DNA from: an uncultured Verrucomicrobiae bacterium
Lineage (GTDB): Bacteria; Verrucomicrobiota; Verrucomicrobiia; Chthoniobacterales; JAFAMB01
Direction of reading: 5' to 3'
Length of the DNA stretch: 64,000 nt
Assembly: GCA_963789065.1 (NCBI GenBank)
Contig: CAWBKA010000025.1
Coordinates: 89,574 to 153,573 of the forward strand
Both the position numbers and the translations under genes were made by a program. Shown here in pieces: positions 30,044-40,443 of the stretch (positions within the stretch are counted from its first letter, which is position 1; every line of letters starts with the position of its first letter). The notes beneath the pieces were generated by a model, which worked only from the letters and a program-made list of their open reading frames with translations, was not told where the DNA came from and searched no databases.

Positions 30044-32036
30044 TCAGGCACTGAGATTCTTAACAGCCTGGATCACGCTTTCAGTAGTCATGCCCAATTC
30101 AGCCATCACTTTCCCGCCGGGTCCGCTGAGACCGAACCGATCAATCCCGACAACCTTGCCTTCCAAACCGACGAAACGGTACCAAAGGATCGTCACGCCA
30201 GCTTCTATAGCCACTCGCCTTCGGCAGGTCGGAGGCAAGACTTCATCCTGGTAGCTTTGCTCCTGACGCAGGAACCGCTCGGTGCAGGGCACGACACGAC
30301 TCGAACGCCGTCGCCGAGTTGCTTGGCGGCGTTGATGGCATGTTGAAGTTCGCTGCCGGTCGCCAGAAGAATCGTCTCGAGCTTCCCAGCTTCTTTGCGT
30401 GCGACATACGCTCCCTTGAGCACCCCTTGGCGCCTTAGATCCAGCGACACCTCATTCTGGATTGGGATGCTTGGCGGGTCAAAGCGATCAACGTTGGGCC
30501 GTCTGTCCGCGAAATGGCTGCAGCGAAAGCTCCTGCGGTTTCTTCGGGGTCACCCGGGCGAATGACGTCAAGATTTGGGATAACGCGGAGTCCGCTGACT
30601 GTTTCCACCGGTTCATGCGTCGGACCATCCTCGCCGACTCCGACAGAATCGTGGGTAAAGACGTAAATGACTGGGAGCTTGGCGAGTGCTGCCAGGCGAA
30701 TTGAGGGCCGGCAATAGTCGGCAAACACCAAAAAAGTCGCACCGGAGGGCCGGAAGACGCCGTGGTAAGCAATCCCGTTCAAAATGGCGCACATGCCCGT
30801 GCTCGCGAATGCCAAATCGGATATTCCGGCCTGCACGGTTCTCTGGATTAAAGTCCTTGTCGCTCTTGATATAGTTCAAAGTGGATCCGTAAAGATCCGC
30901 GCTGCCACCCATCAGGAGTGGCACAGCCTCGGCAACCGATTGCAAAACGTCGCTTCCGGCCTTCCTCGTCGCAATTTTGCTGTCTGGCGGGAATGCGGGA
31001 ATATGCGCTAGCAGGTCTGCCGGAAGCTCGTGATGATTGCGGCGGTCCAATAGCTTGGCCAGATCCGGGTTAGCGCTCTTCCAAGCACCGAACTGCTCCT
31101 GCCAGTCGAGGTATCGCTTCTTCAGTACCTGCTTATGCCCGGCAAAAAATTCGCGCACTTCTTTGGAGACGTAAAATTTCTCGTCCGGCAAACCGAGCGC
31201 TTTGCGCGCCGCATCAACGAACTTCACGCCGGCTTCGCCGTGAGCTTTGTTGGTCCCGGCGACCTCCGGTATTCCTTTGCCGATCAAGGTTCTGGCCACA
31301 ATAAAATGCGGCTTGCCGGTCGCCAGCATTTTTGGCCTTCTCGAAGACCGCTAGAAACGCCTCCATATCTTGGCCATCGACGATTTGCACGTCAAATTCA
31401 TAAGCCCGGAAGCGCTCCGCGGTATCCTCGCTCTGGCTCATCTTTGCCATGGCATCGAGAGTGACGTCGTTCGAGTCATAGATGAGAATGAGGTTGTCCA
31501 GTTTTTGGTGCCCGGCAAACGCCGCTGCCTCCGCCGAGACGCCTTCCTGCAAGCAGCCATCCCCGGCCAGGCAGACAATCTTGTGGTCAAAAATCGGGTG
31601 ATCTTTGGTGTTAAATCGGGCCGCGGCCATCTTTGCCGCGACCGCCATTCCGACGGCGTTTCCGACTCCCTGTCCCAAGGGGCCGGTCGTCGCTTCGACT
31701 CCCGGGGTATCGCCGAATTCCGGATGACCCGGAGTCTTGCTGTGAAGTTGCCGAAAGTTCTTGATATCCTCGATCGAGATATCATATCCGGCGAGATGTA
31801 GCCAACCGTAGAGGAACATGCTACCGTGGCCGGCTGACAGGACGAAGCGGTCGCGATTGATCCACGCCGGATCTTCGGGAAAGTAGCGGAGCGCATGTCC
31901 CGAAGAGAACCGCTCCGACCTCAGCCGCGCCGAGCGGCAAACCCAGGTGACCGGAGGCAGCCGCCTGGACAGCGTCCATTGCCAGGCCGCGTGCCTCCGT
32001 TGCTGCCCGAGAGAGAATTTCAGTATTTAGTGCCAT
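30044..32036 (-). pseudogene. tkt: transketolase, five frameshifts (probable assembly indels)
   Basis: Six collinear fragments: [14 protein letters not shown].., [33 protein letters not shown].., [15 protein letters not shown].., [23 protein letters not shown].., LETILLATGSEL.. and MPCTERFLRQEQSYQDEV... Junctions lie near 31898, 31329-31333, 30796-30798, 30470 and 30291. Confidence 0.93.
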
Positions 32037-32190
32037 TGGGATATTTCCTTGTTTGATGAACAATCTGTTACAGGATGCGCTAAACGACAACTGGACGAAC
32101 TGACCTTAAAAAAAGAGAGAAATCCAGAGAAGTTTTTACTAGTCAGAAATCCGCGATGAGCGTAAGTAGTCGCCCCTTTTTTTGAATGCT

Positions 32191-33070
32191 ATGAATCAGC
32201 CGTGTCTCCGCGTAGGGTTACCGTCGGGAAGTCTCCAAGAGTCGACTCTTGATCTCTTCGCGAAGGCCGGCTACCGAATAACCGGCTCAAAAAGATCGTA
32301 CAAACCAGCCGTCGACGATCCGGAACTGGAGATCAGGTTACTGCGTGCTCAGGAAATAAGCCGGTACGTGGAGCATGGCTATCTGGACTGCGGGATTACC
32401 GGCAAAGATTGGATCGAAGAGAACAACTCCGATGTCGAATTGATCGTCAAACTCGAGTATAGCAAAGCCACCTCCAGCCCCACGCGGTGGGTGCTGGTCG
32501 TATCGCAAAATTCGCCGATCCAATCGGTGAACGACGTGGAGGGAAAGAGAATTGCCACCGAGGCGGTCGGCTTGACGACCCGTTTTCTGGAGTCTCGAGG
32601 GGTTAAGGCCAAGCGTGGAGTTCAGTTGGGGCTCAACCGAGGTGAAAGTTCCGGAACTTGTCGACGCCATCGTGGACATCACGGAGACAGGCACCTCTTT
32701 GGCCGACAACAATTTACGAATCATTGAGGTCATTACCGAATCCTACCCGCAAATCATCGGAAACCACCAATCCATGAAAGATGCCTGGAAGAAAGGCAAA
32801 CTCGATCGCTTGGTGTTGCTGCTTCAGGGTGCGCTAAATGCACGCAACAAGGTCGGGTTAAAAATGAACCTCAAAGATTACAAACTGCAAAATCTGCTGC
32901 AAAGGTTACCGGCATTGCGGAATCCTACGGTTTCGCCGCTCGCCCAGGCAGGTTGGGTCGCCGTCGAAACAGTCATAGACGAGAGGGTCGTTCGGGAGAT
33001 CATCCCGGAACTGAAAGAATTAGGAGCCGAAGGGATCATCGAGTATCCGTTGAATAAAGTTGTTTATTAG
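32191..33070 (+). pseudogene. hisG: ATP phosphoribosyltransferase HisG (long form), one frameshift near 32614
   Basis: [37 protein letters not shown] continues as [29 protein letters not shown] in a second frame. A single extra base at about 32614 explains the shift. Confidence 0.9.
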
Positions 33071-33132
33071 GTATCAATTCACCACTGGCGGCTGGTCCGG
33101 AGCCGTTATTACCAGCATTTATCGATTAAAAT

Positions 33133-33237
33133 ATGGGTTCACTCAAAAAGAGAAGAAAAGCGAAGATCGCCAAGCATAAACGCCGCAAGCGGATGAAAGA
33201 AAACCGCCATAAGAAGCGTTTGCGATACAAGTCCTGA
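33133..33237 (+). CDS. small highly basic protein, ribosomal protein bS22-like (34 aa)
   Basis: ATG-initiated ORF below the ORF-track size cutoff: MGSLKKRRKAKIAKHKRRKRMKENRHKKRLRYKS. 21 of 34 residues are K, R or H. The MGS.KKRRK start and the length match my recollection of actinobacterial and Bacteroidetes bS22. Confidence 0.6.
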   Translation: MGSLKKRRKAKIAKHKRRKRMKENRHKKRLRYKS

Positions 33238-33253
33238 GTTCTAGATTAGGTTC

Positions 33254-35111
33254 ATGAGCATCTGGAGGTCGGCACGCCTGCTGCTATACATCGGAGCGGG
33301 TGCCGGCACAGCATTGGGCGCGTTCATATCGCCGGGGGAAGCCGAGCCGGTGGTTCTGATTGCCATGGCGACGACTACGGCAAGCCCTACGCCCAGGTAC
33401 AGAAGTCTGGAGGATACATTCTATTCGGATGTCCGTCCGGCGACACCAGAGCAGCAGCTAGCCTAAAAGCCTCGAGAAAAAGGCGGATGCTCAGGCTTCT
33501 TACATGGAAGGGCTTCTGCTGGAACAAGAGGGCGATTACGAGGAGGCGCTGGCTGCCTACACCAGGTCGTTGCAGCTCGATCCGGGCGGCAACCCGCAAC
33601 TTGCGGTGCGCGTCGCTCACGATTATGCGAAGCGCGGAGACGTTGCGAACGGGATTGACGTTCTCAAGGATTTTCGAAAGCTCGTCCAAACGAGCCCTTC
33701 GCTTACCTGAATCTCGCCTATTTTTACCTCAAACAACTGAAAAACCGGAACTGGCGGTCAAATACGCAGAACTGGCGGTTCGCGTCGATCCGAAAAACTT
33801 CACCGGTTACCAAACGCTTTTCGAAGTCTATTTGGCATTGAACCAAAAGAATGACGCAGAGGCGGTTTTGGGTAAGGCCCAGAAATTGGACAGTAATGAC
33901 CCGAACTTTTGGCTTAGTCTGGTCGATCTTTCACTCCAGCTCTATGATAATGGTCGGGGAAATTTCCCTCCCGCAAAAGTGGCCGCGATAGATCCGTTGT
34001 TAAAAAAGGCGGCTGGTTTTGCCGGCAACGACGGAAATATTCTCGCCAAGATCGCCGACGATTATGTGCTGATCGATCAGGTGGCCAGTGCGATCCCTTT
34101 CTATCTTCACACTCTTGAGTTAAATAAAGATAACGCGGATGTGCGCTATAAGCTGGCGCAAAGCTTTCTGAAAACAGGCCAGCGAGACCAGGCCATCCGC
34201 AACCTCGAAGAGATGCTGAAGGCGAATCCGCTCAAATTTGAAATCTACGAGTTTCTCGCCCGCTTGTACGAAGAAGCAGGTAACAAGGAGCGCGCGCTGG
34301 CGAACTACGAGCAAGCGCTGTTGCTGGCGCCCAATCTGCCGGAGAATTACCTGCACACCGCCCAGGTCAACTCGAGCTAAGGCGATACGAGCAAGCGATC
34401 AACACTCTGGAAGAGGCCAGACGCCGGTTCCCAATTCCGCAGATCACCTACAGCCTGGCCATCGCGCTCTCAACCGCTAAGCGTTATTCCGACGCCCTGC
34501 CAATTTTCGAAGCGGCGCTCCAGGACGCCCAGTCCAACGAAGAGGAACTGATCGACGGGAGCTTCTACTTCAATTATGGGGCGACCGCGGAACAGGCTGG
34601 GTTAGTTGACAAGGCTGCGACACTGCTGAAGAAATCGATCGAGTTGGACCCATCGAAGGCCGCGCAGGCCTACAATTACCTCGGTTACATGTGGGTTGAT
34701 CGTAATTTGAACCTGGACGAAGCCGGTTCAATGATTAAGCGAGCCTTAGAAATCGAGCCCGAAAATGGTGCGTTTCTAGATAGTCTCGGTTGGTTTTACT
34801 TCAAGAAGGGCGATCTTGCCAGGGCCCTTACCGAACTCTTACATGCCGCTGATTTGTTCAATCCCCCAGATCCGGTCGTTTTCGAACATATCGGAGATAC
34901 CTACCGTTCACTCGGTAACACTCCTCAGGCTCTGAGTTTTTGGCAGAAAGCCATCAACCTGGATCCGCAAAATCAAGCGGTCGCATCAAAAATCGACCAG
35001 GCAAAAGCTAAGATGACTTCCAATCCAGTGAATTCTCCGACGCCGAATTTGCCGACGCCCTCCGCCGCGACCTCGAGGCCGGCTTCGGAGTCTTCCCCAG
35101 GTCGACCATAG
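33254..35111 (+). pseudogene. membrane-anchored tetratricopeptide (TPR) repeat protein, about four frameshifts
   Basis: An N-terminal hydrophobic segment is followed by collinear TPR-like helices across frames (YMEGLLLEQEGDYEEALAAY.., AYLNLAYFYLKQLKN, PELAVKYAELAVRVDPKNF.., RRYEQAINTLEEARR..AYNYLGYMWVDR..). Junctions lie near 33464, 33695, 33745 and 34367. Confidence 0.75.
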
Positions 35112-35301
35112 TGTCAAAAGCGCGGCGCCGCAGCCACCACTGCGTTTTTGACAAAACCTATCGGAGTTTGTGAGCGATGCAGGCTAGCGTACCGTCTCCT
35201 AAATCCCCTGGGTTTCGCCTCAGATCAGTTGACTGTTTTTCAAGGCGCGAGCGAAGTGCCCATATCTGTGTCATACGGGTCGAGCTCGCAGATGACCCAT
35301 T

Positions 35302-37020
35302 TTGAACGCAACGAAACTCAAGGGATTTAGGAGACGGTACACTAACGCGCGGTTAAGGACGTTTTTCGGCGCCGTCCTCTCTTCGCGGTCGAGTTACGCT
35401 ATATTAACGCTCTTGTTGTTTGGCGGGGCATTTCTTTTTCGCTTTAAACTTCCGCTCCAGCCTTTGATCGACGGTGATATTGGCGGCTATCTCCAACCGG
35501 CTCTCTTGCAGCTTACAGGTGGCCAGTTTCAACACGTGGAAGGCCGAAGCTTCGTCTACCCAGGCTTTATTTATCTGCTTTTGCGCGTCGGCCAGGACTT
35601 CCGCACGGTAACGATTGTCCAACATCTTCTCGGACTGGCGGCGGGAGCGGTGCTTCTGGCTTGCTGGAACTGCGCAAGAGCGCTGATGAGGAATCCAACG
35701 ATCCCGTCGGGAATCTATCGACTGTCCGGGTTGGCGGTGGCGGCGGCGTTTCTCTTCAATACCAGTGTGGTCCGCTACGAGCATCTGGTTCGCCCGGAAG
35801 CCATCTTCCCCTTCTTTGCCGCTCTGAATATGCTCTTCAACATTCAGTTCGTCAGGCATCGATATTTAGAGGTTAGCGCTCCCACCTTCTTTCTTTACGG
35901 CTGCGCCAATCTCTTCAACGCCTGTTTACTGTTCTTCCTGAAGCCCAGCTTCTTTCTGGGAGTTGGTTTCTCTACTCTCCCGATCTGGGTCTCGCTCTTC
36001 GACCGAAAAGAACCCTTCCTCAGAAAATTCGCTCTACTCACTTTACCTGTTCTCTGTGTTACACTTTTTTTGTTTTTCCCCGAAAAGGCTCTTAAAAACC
36101 ACGACGATTTGAGCAGCGCCTTCCTGCCAACTACCCTGTTCGTCATTCATGCGGATATCATTCTCGATCAGATATCGAGCGATCTTGCAGGTGGCGCGCA
36201 AACGCCCTACCCAAGACAGTTACTGGAGCAAACGGACCTGCTGCTGAAGCAGGAAATTGAGCTCTCGAAAAGTACCGGCCACTATACATCGCTTGGCTTC
36301 GATCCGGACTACCTGATGTATCGCGACTCTTTCGCTCAAAAGTTCCCAGCACTTCTTGCAACGGAAGACCCGATGAAAAATAGAATCGAATTCTATTATG
36401 ACTATTTTTTCAGGGCTTGGGCCCACCGTCCAGACCGAATGCTAACAAAGGTCTTCAAGCAACTGTTGATCTTATACAACAATATCGGAAAGGCCTCTCC
36501 GTATAAGCACGAGGTGGAGCTGGTGGTCGGCCGGAACTATCAAAACAATTGTTATGTTTTTGACTCGAAAGAAAGCTTATCCAAAATACCCTACGCGCCA
36601 TTAACCGACCTCGTTTTGAAGTCAAGGGAGATGGCAAACGCGGAACCGAGGCTGGCGCAACCAGCCGTTCTTTCCTGGTTAAATGGCTTCCTGGCACGCA
36701 CATTTTCAATTTCCATCCTCCTGATGTCCATTGTTTTAGTGATCGTTCTGAAGAGCCCCGCGCTGAGGTCTCGCTACGGCTGCTTCGCGCTAACGGTGAT
36801 GCTTTTCTATACCTATAGCTTTGCCAACAGTCTGGGCATTGCGATCATTCATTCGTTGGAGATCACCCGCTACTTAACCAACCAATTGATCTATTGCCTG
36901 CTGCCACAAAAGTATGGCGATGTTCCTGGCTGCCGAGCTCCTCAGCCGAAAAACCGCCCAGGGGCGAAACGACAAGCTTATCGCGGGTTAGAAAGGTGGG
37001 AGTCAGGAGTCAGGAGTTAG
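35302..37020 (+). CDS. large polytopic membrane protein, function unknown (possibly a GT-C type glycosyltransferase)
   Basis: 572-aa ORF with many hydrophobic segments. I recognise no motif. The TTG start is uncertain. The last 7 codons are encoded by a heptamer array. Confidence 0.55.
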   Translation: MNATKLKGFRRRYTNARLRTFFGAVLSSRSSYAILTLLLFGGAFLFRFKLPLQPLIDGDIGGYLQPALLQLTGGQFQHVEGRSFVYPGFIYLLLRVGQDFRTVTIVQHLLGLAAGAVLLACWNCARALMRNPTIPSGIYRLSGLAVAAAFLFNTSVVRYEHLVRPEAIFPFFAALNMLFNIQFVRHRYLEVSAPTFFLYGCANLFNACLLFFLKPSFFLGVGFSTLPIWVSLFDRKEPFLRKFALLTLPVLCVTLFLFFPEKALKNHDDLSSAFLPTTLFVIHADIILDQISSDLAGGAQTPYPRQLLEQTDLLLKQEIELSKSTGHYTSLGFDPDYLMYRDSFAQKFPALLATEDPMKNRIEFYYDYFFRAWAHRPDRMLTKVFKQLLILYNNIGKASPYKHEVELVVGRNYQNNCYVFDSKESLSKIPYAPLTDLVLKSREMANAEPRLAQPAVLSWLNGFLARTFSISILLMSIVLVIVLKSPALRSRYGCFALTVMLFYTYSFANSLGIAIIHSLEITRYLTNQLIYCLLPQKYGDVPGCRAPQPKNRPGAKRQAYRGLERWESGVRS

Positions 37021-37047
37021 GAGTCGGGAATCGAGGTCGGGATTTGG
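36999..37047. repeat. heptamer tandem array (GGAGTCA)x7, decaying distally
   Basis: The units read ggagtca ggagtca ggagtta ggagtcg ggaatcg aggtcgg gatttgg. The TAG stop of the preceding gene (37018-37020) lies across units 3 and 4. Confidence 0.9.
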
Positions 37048-37181
37048 GCAAAGCGTCGCGCTTTGCGAGGTAGGTGAGGCGTCCTCGCCTTACTTCTTGA
37101 GCGTCCGCGTTCTTTGCCCTGCAGGGGCTACAAAGCTCAGCCCAGGAATTTATCCCTGGGCGAAGTTAAGAACTGAATGGC

Positions 37182-37394
37182 TTTTGTCCCGGAGGGACAG
37201 GCTGATAGTAGCCAGGCACGAAGTGCCTCGGGTATCGACCTAAAGCGGATCCGTCCCGGAGGGACGGTCGAAATCATGGTCAGTCCCAGTGTCAGCAGAA
37301 TCGGTTCAATCGTCCCGCTGGGACAGGGCCATTTTCCTCGTGATTCCAGGCACTTCGTGCCTGGCTACTATCAGCCTGTCCCTCCGGGACAAAA
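37182..37394. repeat. foldback (MITE-like) element with ~48-bp near-perfect inverted arms
   Basis: The left arm (37182-37232) and right arm (37346-37394) are reverse complements apart from one indel. The arms contain nested palindromes (gtcccggagggac, aggcacgaagtgcct). The element is related to the MITE at 47151-47282. Confidence 0.8.
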
Positions 37395-37832
37395 CCAATC
37401 GCCATCGAAGTGCCTCGCACTATCTTAGCTTAGAGCTCCTGGGCTGGATCCTCCTGTCACTTCGGGACGAAGAACCATCCCAGAACATCCTTATCTTCGT
37501 GCCATTCTTCCCTGGGATGAATGGCGCTAAGTTAAGGGCTGTTTCGGGTGGTTCTCTCACCGAAGACGCCGACAGGGCTAGCGCAGAGTAGCATAGGCCT
37601 GTCTCGAGCGGATCACTTGATATTCGCACGTTCTTCTTCCCGCGATACTTCTGATCGCCCGAACATGTCGCTTGGTGCCAAACACAAATGACAGGCTGGA
37701 AGCCTATGCTACATTGCACAGCCTCTTCGGTCTTCGCTCCTGACTTCTCTGCAACCGCGAGGTCCCCCGAGCGCCAGTTGCTTCTCATATTTTCACGAGC
37801 GTCAGCCCCTGGGTTGCTCCTCACTCCTGCCT

Positions 37833-39131
37833 CTATACCGGCTGCAACTCCGATTCGCGCCGGATGAGAAATGGTTCGACGCGCGCATAGACCTTGGGCG
37901 AGACCGAGGCGACCACGATGACGTGGGAATTCTCATAGCTTGCGCTCAGCACCTTGCTGGTCCGGTGCAGAAGCGAAAGGAGATCCGTCCGATCGAGGGG
38001 TAGCGCAAGTTCCACCTTGGACACGCGATCAGCCAGCAGATCTGCCATCCTGTGTCGAAGTTCATTCAGACCTTCGCCAGAACGGACCGAGACAAATACG
38101 CCGTCAGGAAAATGGAGACGAAGTGCGTGCAAGGTCGACTCATCGACGATCAAATCGACCTTGTTGAGGACCGTAATCATTTTTTTGGCGTCCGCGCCCA
38201 ATTCTCCCAGCACTCGGATCGTCGTTTGATGGAAATCGTAGACCAGTGGATGACTGGCATCCAGGACATGGATCAGAAAGTCGGAAAGCACCGCCTCCTC
38301 CAGCGTAGCCTTAAAGGCTTCAATCAATCGATGCGGGAGGTTCCTGACGAATCCAACGGTGTCAGTCAGGAGTAATCCTTGCCCAGAGGGGAGATCGACG
38401 CGACGAGTCGTGGTATCAAGCGTCGCGAAAAGCTTGTCCTCCACGAGAACTTTGGCGCCGGTGAGTTTCTTTAAGAGGGCCGATTTGCCAACATTTGTAT
38501 AACCGACGATCGCGGCATTTGGGAGGGGCAGTCGTTCACGATGTTTCCGCTGCGTGGCCCGACGCAAACGCACGAGCTCAAGATCTTCCTTAAGCCGATC
38601 GATATGGGCGCGGACAAGGCGTCGGTCCGTCTCGAGCTGTGTTTCTCCTTCGCCTTTCCCACCCAAGCCACCTCCCTGGCGGCCAAGGTGGCGCCAAGCT
38701 CTGGTTAACCGCGGAAGAGAGTACTCCATCCGCGCCAGATCCACCTGCAGACGGGCCTCCTTGGTCTGCGCTCGCTGCGCGAAAATATCCAGGATGACCT
38801 CTTCACGATCGATCACCGCCAATCCGGTCATCGCCTCCCAGTTGCGCTGCTGGGCCGGTGTCAACTCGTTGTCAAAAATGATGACATCGGCCTCCAGCTG
38901 CTTGGCATGCTCGAAAATCTCTTCCGCTTTTCCGGTCCCAACGAAATAGCGTGGATTCGGTTCCTGGACTCGGATCAGGAGACTATCGAGAACGGGTATT
39001 CCCAGGGTATCCACCAGAGAATTCAGCTCGACCAGGAGGCTTTCGGACTCTTCTTTTTCCTCCACTCCCTTATAGACGCTAACTAACAACGCTCTCTCCG
39101 CCTGCTTCGGTTTTTGCTTAATTTCGAACAT
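37833..39131 (-). CDS. hflX: GTPase HflX
   Basis: HflX N-terminal domain followed by a G domain (GYTNVGKSALLKKLTG, DTVGF, NKVD). 432 aa. Confidence 0.93.
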   Translation of the reverse strand: MFEIKQKPKQAERALLVSVYKGVEEKEESESLLVELNSLVDTLGIPVLDSLLIRVQEPNPRYFVGTGKAEEIFEHAKQLEADVIIFDNELTPAQQRNWEAMTGLAVIDREEVILDIFAQRAQTKEARLQVDLARMEYSLPRLTRAWRHLGRQGGGLGGKGEGETQLETDRRLVRAHIDRLKEDLELVRLRRATQRKHRERLPLPNAAIVGYTNVGKSALLKKLTGAKVLVEDKLFATLDTTTRRVDLPSGQGLLLTDTVGFVRNLPHRLIEAFKATLEEAVLSDFLIHVLDASHPLVYDFHQTTIRVLGELGADAKKMITVLNKVDLIVDESTLHALRLHFPDGVFVSVRSGEGLNELRHRMADLLADRVSKVELALPLDRTDLLSLLHRTSKVLSASYENSHVIVVASVSPKVYARVEPFLIRRESELQPV

Positions 39132-39134
39132 CCG

Positions 39135-40355
39135 TTATTTTTTGAAAAATCCAGCGACCGCATCCGCCACTAATTGCACTTCGCTTTCGGTTAACTCCGG
39201 GAATATAGGCAGTGACAGGACTTGTTTAGCCGCCGTTTCCGACTCCGGCAACGAACCGGCCTCCAGATAGGCGAAACATTTTTGGCGGTTCAAAGAAACC
39301 GGGTAATAGATTTCTGTTCCAATTCCGCAGTCCCTCAAGTGCTCGCGCAACTCGTCGCGCCTGGTCGCGCGAACAACGAACTGGTGATAGCCGTGCCCTC
39401 GCTCCGCCAGTGCCTCTGCGAAGGGTTCCCTGGGCAAGTGAAGATCTGGCGCGAAATCCGCCAGTTCAGCTCGGTAATGCTGTGCGATCGCCCACCGCCT
39501 CTGCGACCAGCGAGTCAGATGCGGCAACTTCTTCAACAAGACGGCCGCCTGCAAGGCATCCAAACGAAAGTTCCCACCCACCGTTTCATGGTGGTATTTT
39601 TGTTCCATCCCATGGTTTCGAACAGCCCTCAGGCGATCCGCCATCCAAGCCTGACTGGTTACCGCCATACCCGCGTCTCCGAACGCTCCCAGGTTTTTGG
39701 TCGGATAAAAGCTTAAGTAGCCATATTCAGCGATTCCACCCGCGCGCTTCGTCCCTCCCTTGGAAGGGTATTCGGCACCGATCGCCTGAGCTGCATCTTC
39801 AATCACGGGTACACCGTAGCCCGCGCAAATCGCCAGTATTTCGTCCATCTCACAGCACAGGCCGAACAGATGCACCGGGATGACCGCCTTCACCCGAAGC
39901 CCGTCTTGAGTCCGAGTCTCACCCGATTCACCCGTGCACTTCGTGGCGAAGAATTCGTTTAAACTAGCCGGCGACAAATTAAAAGTCGCCGGATCAATAT
40001 CGACAAACAGCGGCGTCGCTCCCAACCGGGCGATACAGCCAGCGGTAGAGAAAAAAGTAAATGGCGTCGTCACCACCGCGTCACCAGCGCCGATCCCCAT
40101 GGCCATCAAAATTGCCAGCTGGGCATCCGTCCCGGAGGAGGTTCCAATCGCGTAACCCACCCGACACAGCGAAGCTATTTCTCGCTCCAACAACTCAACC
40201 TTAGCTCCGAGAATAAAAGCCTGAGCATCGCAGAGCGCGGCAATCTCCCCTAATATTTCCTCTCGTAGAGGAACAAACTGCTTCTTTAGATCGAAAAAGG
40301 GTACTTTGGTCACTCGCCTGGCAGCCAATATCCGATGCCGAGTGCCGCTGCGCAA
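39135..40355 (-). CDS. DegT/DnrJ/EryC1/StrS family PLP-dependent sugar aminotransferase
   Basis: The PFFDLKKQF N-terminus and overall similarity are typical of DegT-family aminotransferases. The start is probably the GTG at 40313 rather than the ATG at 40355. Confidence 0.85.
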   Translation of the reverse strand: MRSGTRHRILAARRVTKVPFFDLKKQFVPLREEILGEIAALCDAQAFILGAKVELLEREIASLCRVGYAIGTSSGTDAQLAILMAMGIGAGDAVVTTPFTFFSTAGCIARLGATPLFVDIDPATFNLSPASLNEFFATKCTGESGETRTQDGLRVKAVIPVHLFGLCCEMDEILAICAGYGVPVIEDAAQAIGAEYPSKGGTKRAGGIAEYGYLSFYPTKNLGAFGDAGMAVTSQAWMADRLRAVRNHGMEQKYHHETVGGNFRLDALQAAVLLKKLPHLTRWSQRRWAIAQHYRAELADFAPDLHLPREPFAEALAERGHGYHQFVVRATRRDELREHLRDCGIGTEIYYPVSLNRQKCFAYLEAGSLPESETAAKQVLSLPIFPELTESEVQLVADAVAGFFKK

Positions 40356-40443
40356 ACCAAATTAAGGGCGGGCCGGCGGGCCAGTTTATTGCGAAAAATA
40401 CGGCCGCCACGATGCCTCCATACGATCTAAGGCGGAGATTACT

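Noticed and set aside
28386-35111. Programmed ribosomal frameshifting, recoding or genuine genome decay as the explanation for the frameshifts
   Set aside because: There are too many shifts per gene (5 in tkt, at least 7 in lptD) in both directions. I saw no shared slippery motif. Many sit at simple homopolymers, and the fragments show no other decay. An assembly artefact is more parsimonious, although I cannot prove it without reads.
35113-35152. Hairpin gtcaaaagcgc..gcgtttttgac after the TPR gene as an intrinsic terminator
   Set aside because: The stem is A/T-rich with a mismatch and a large loop, and there is no clear U-tract. It is too weak to call.
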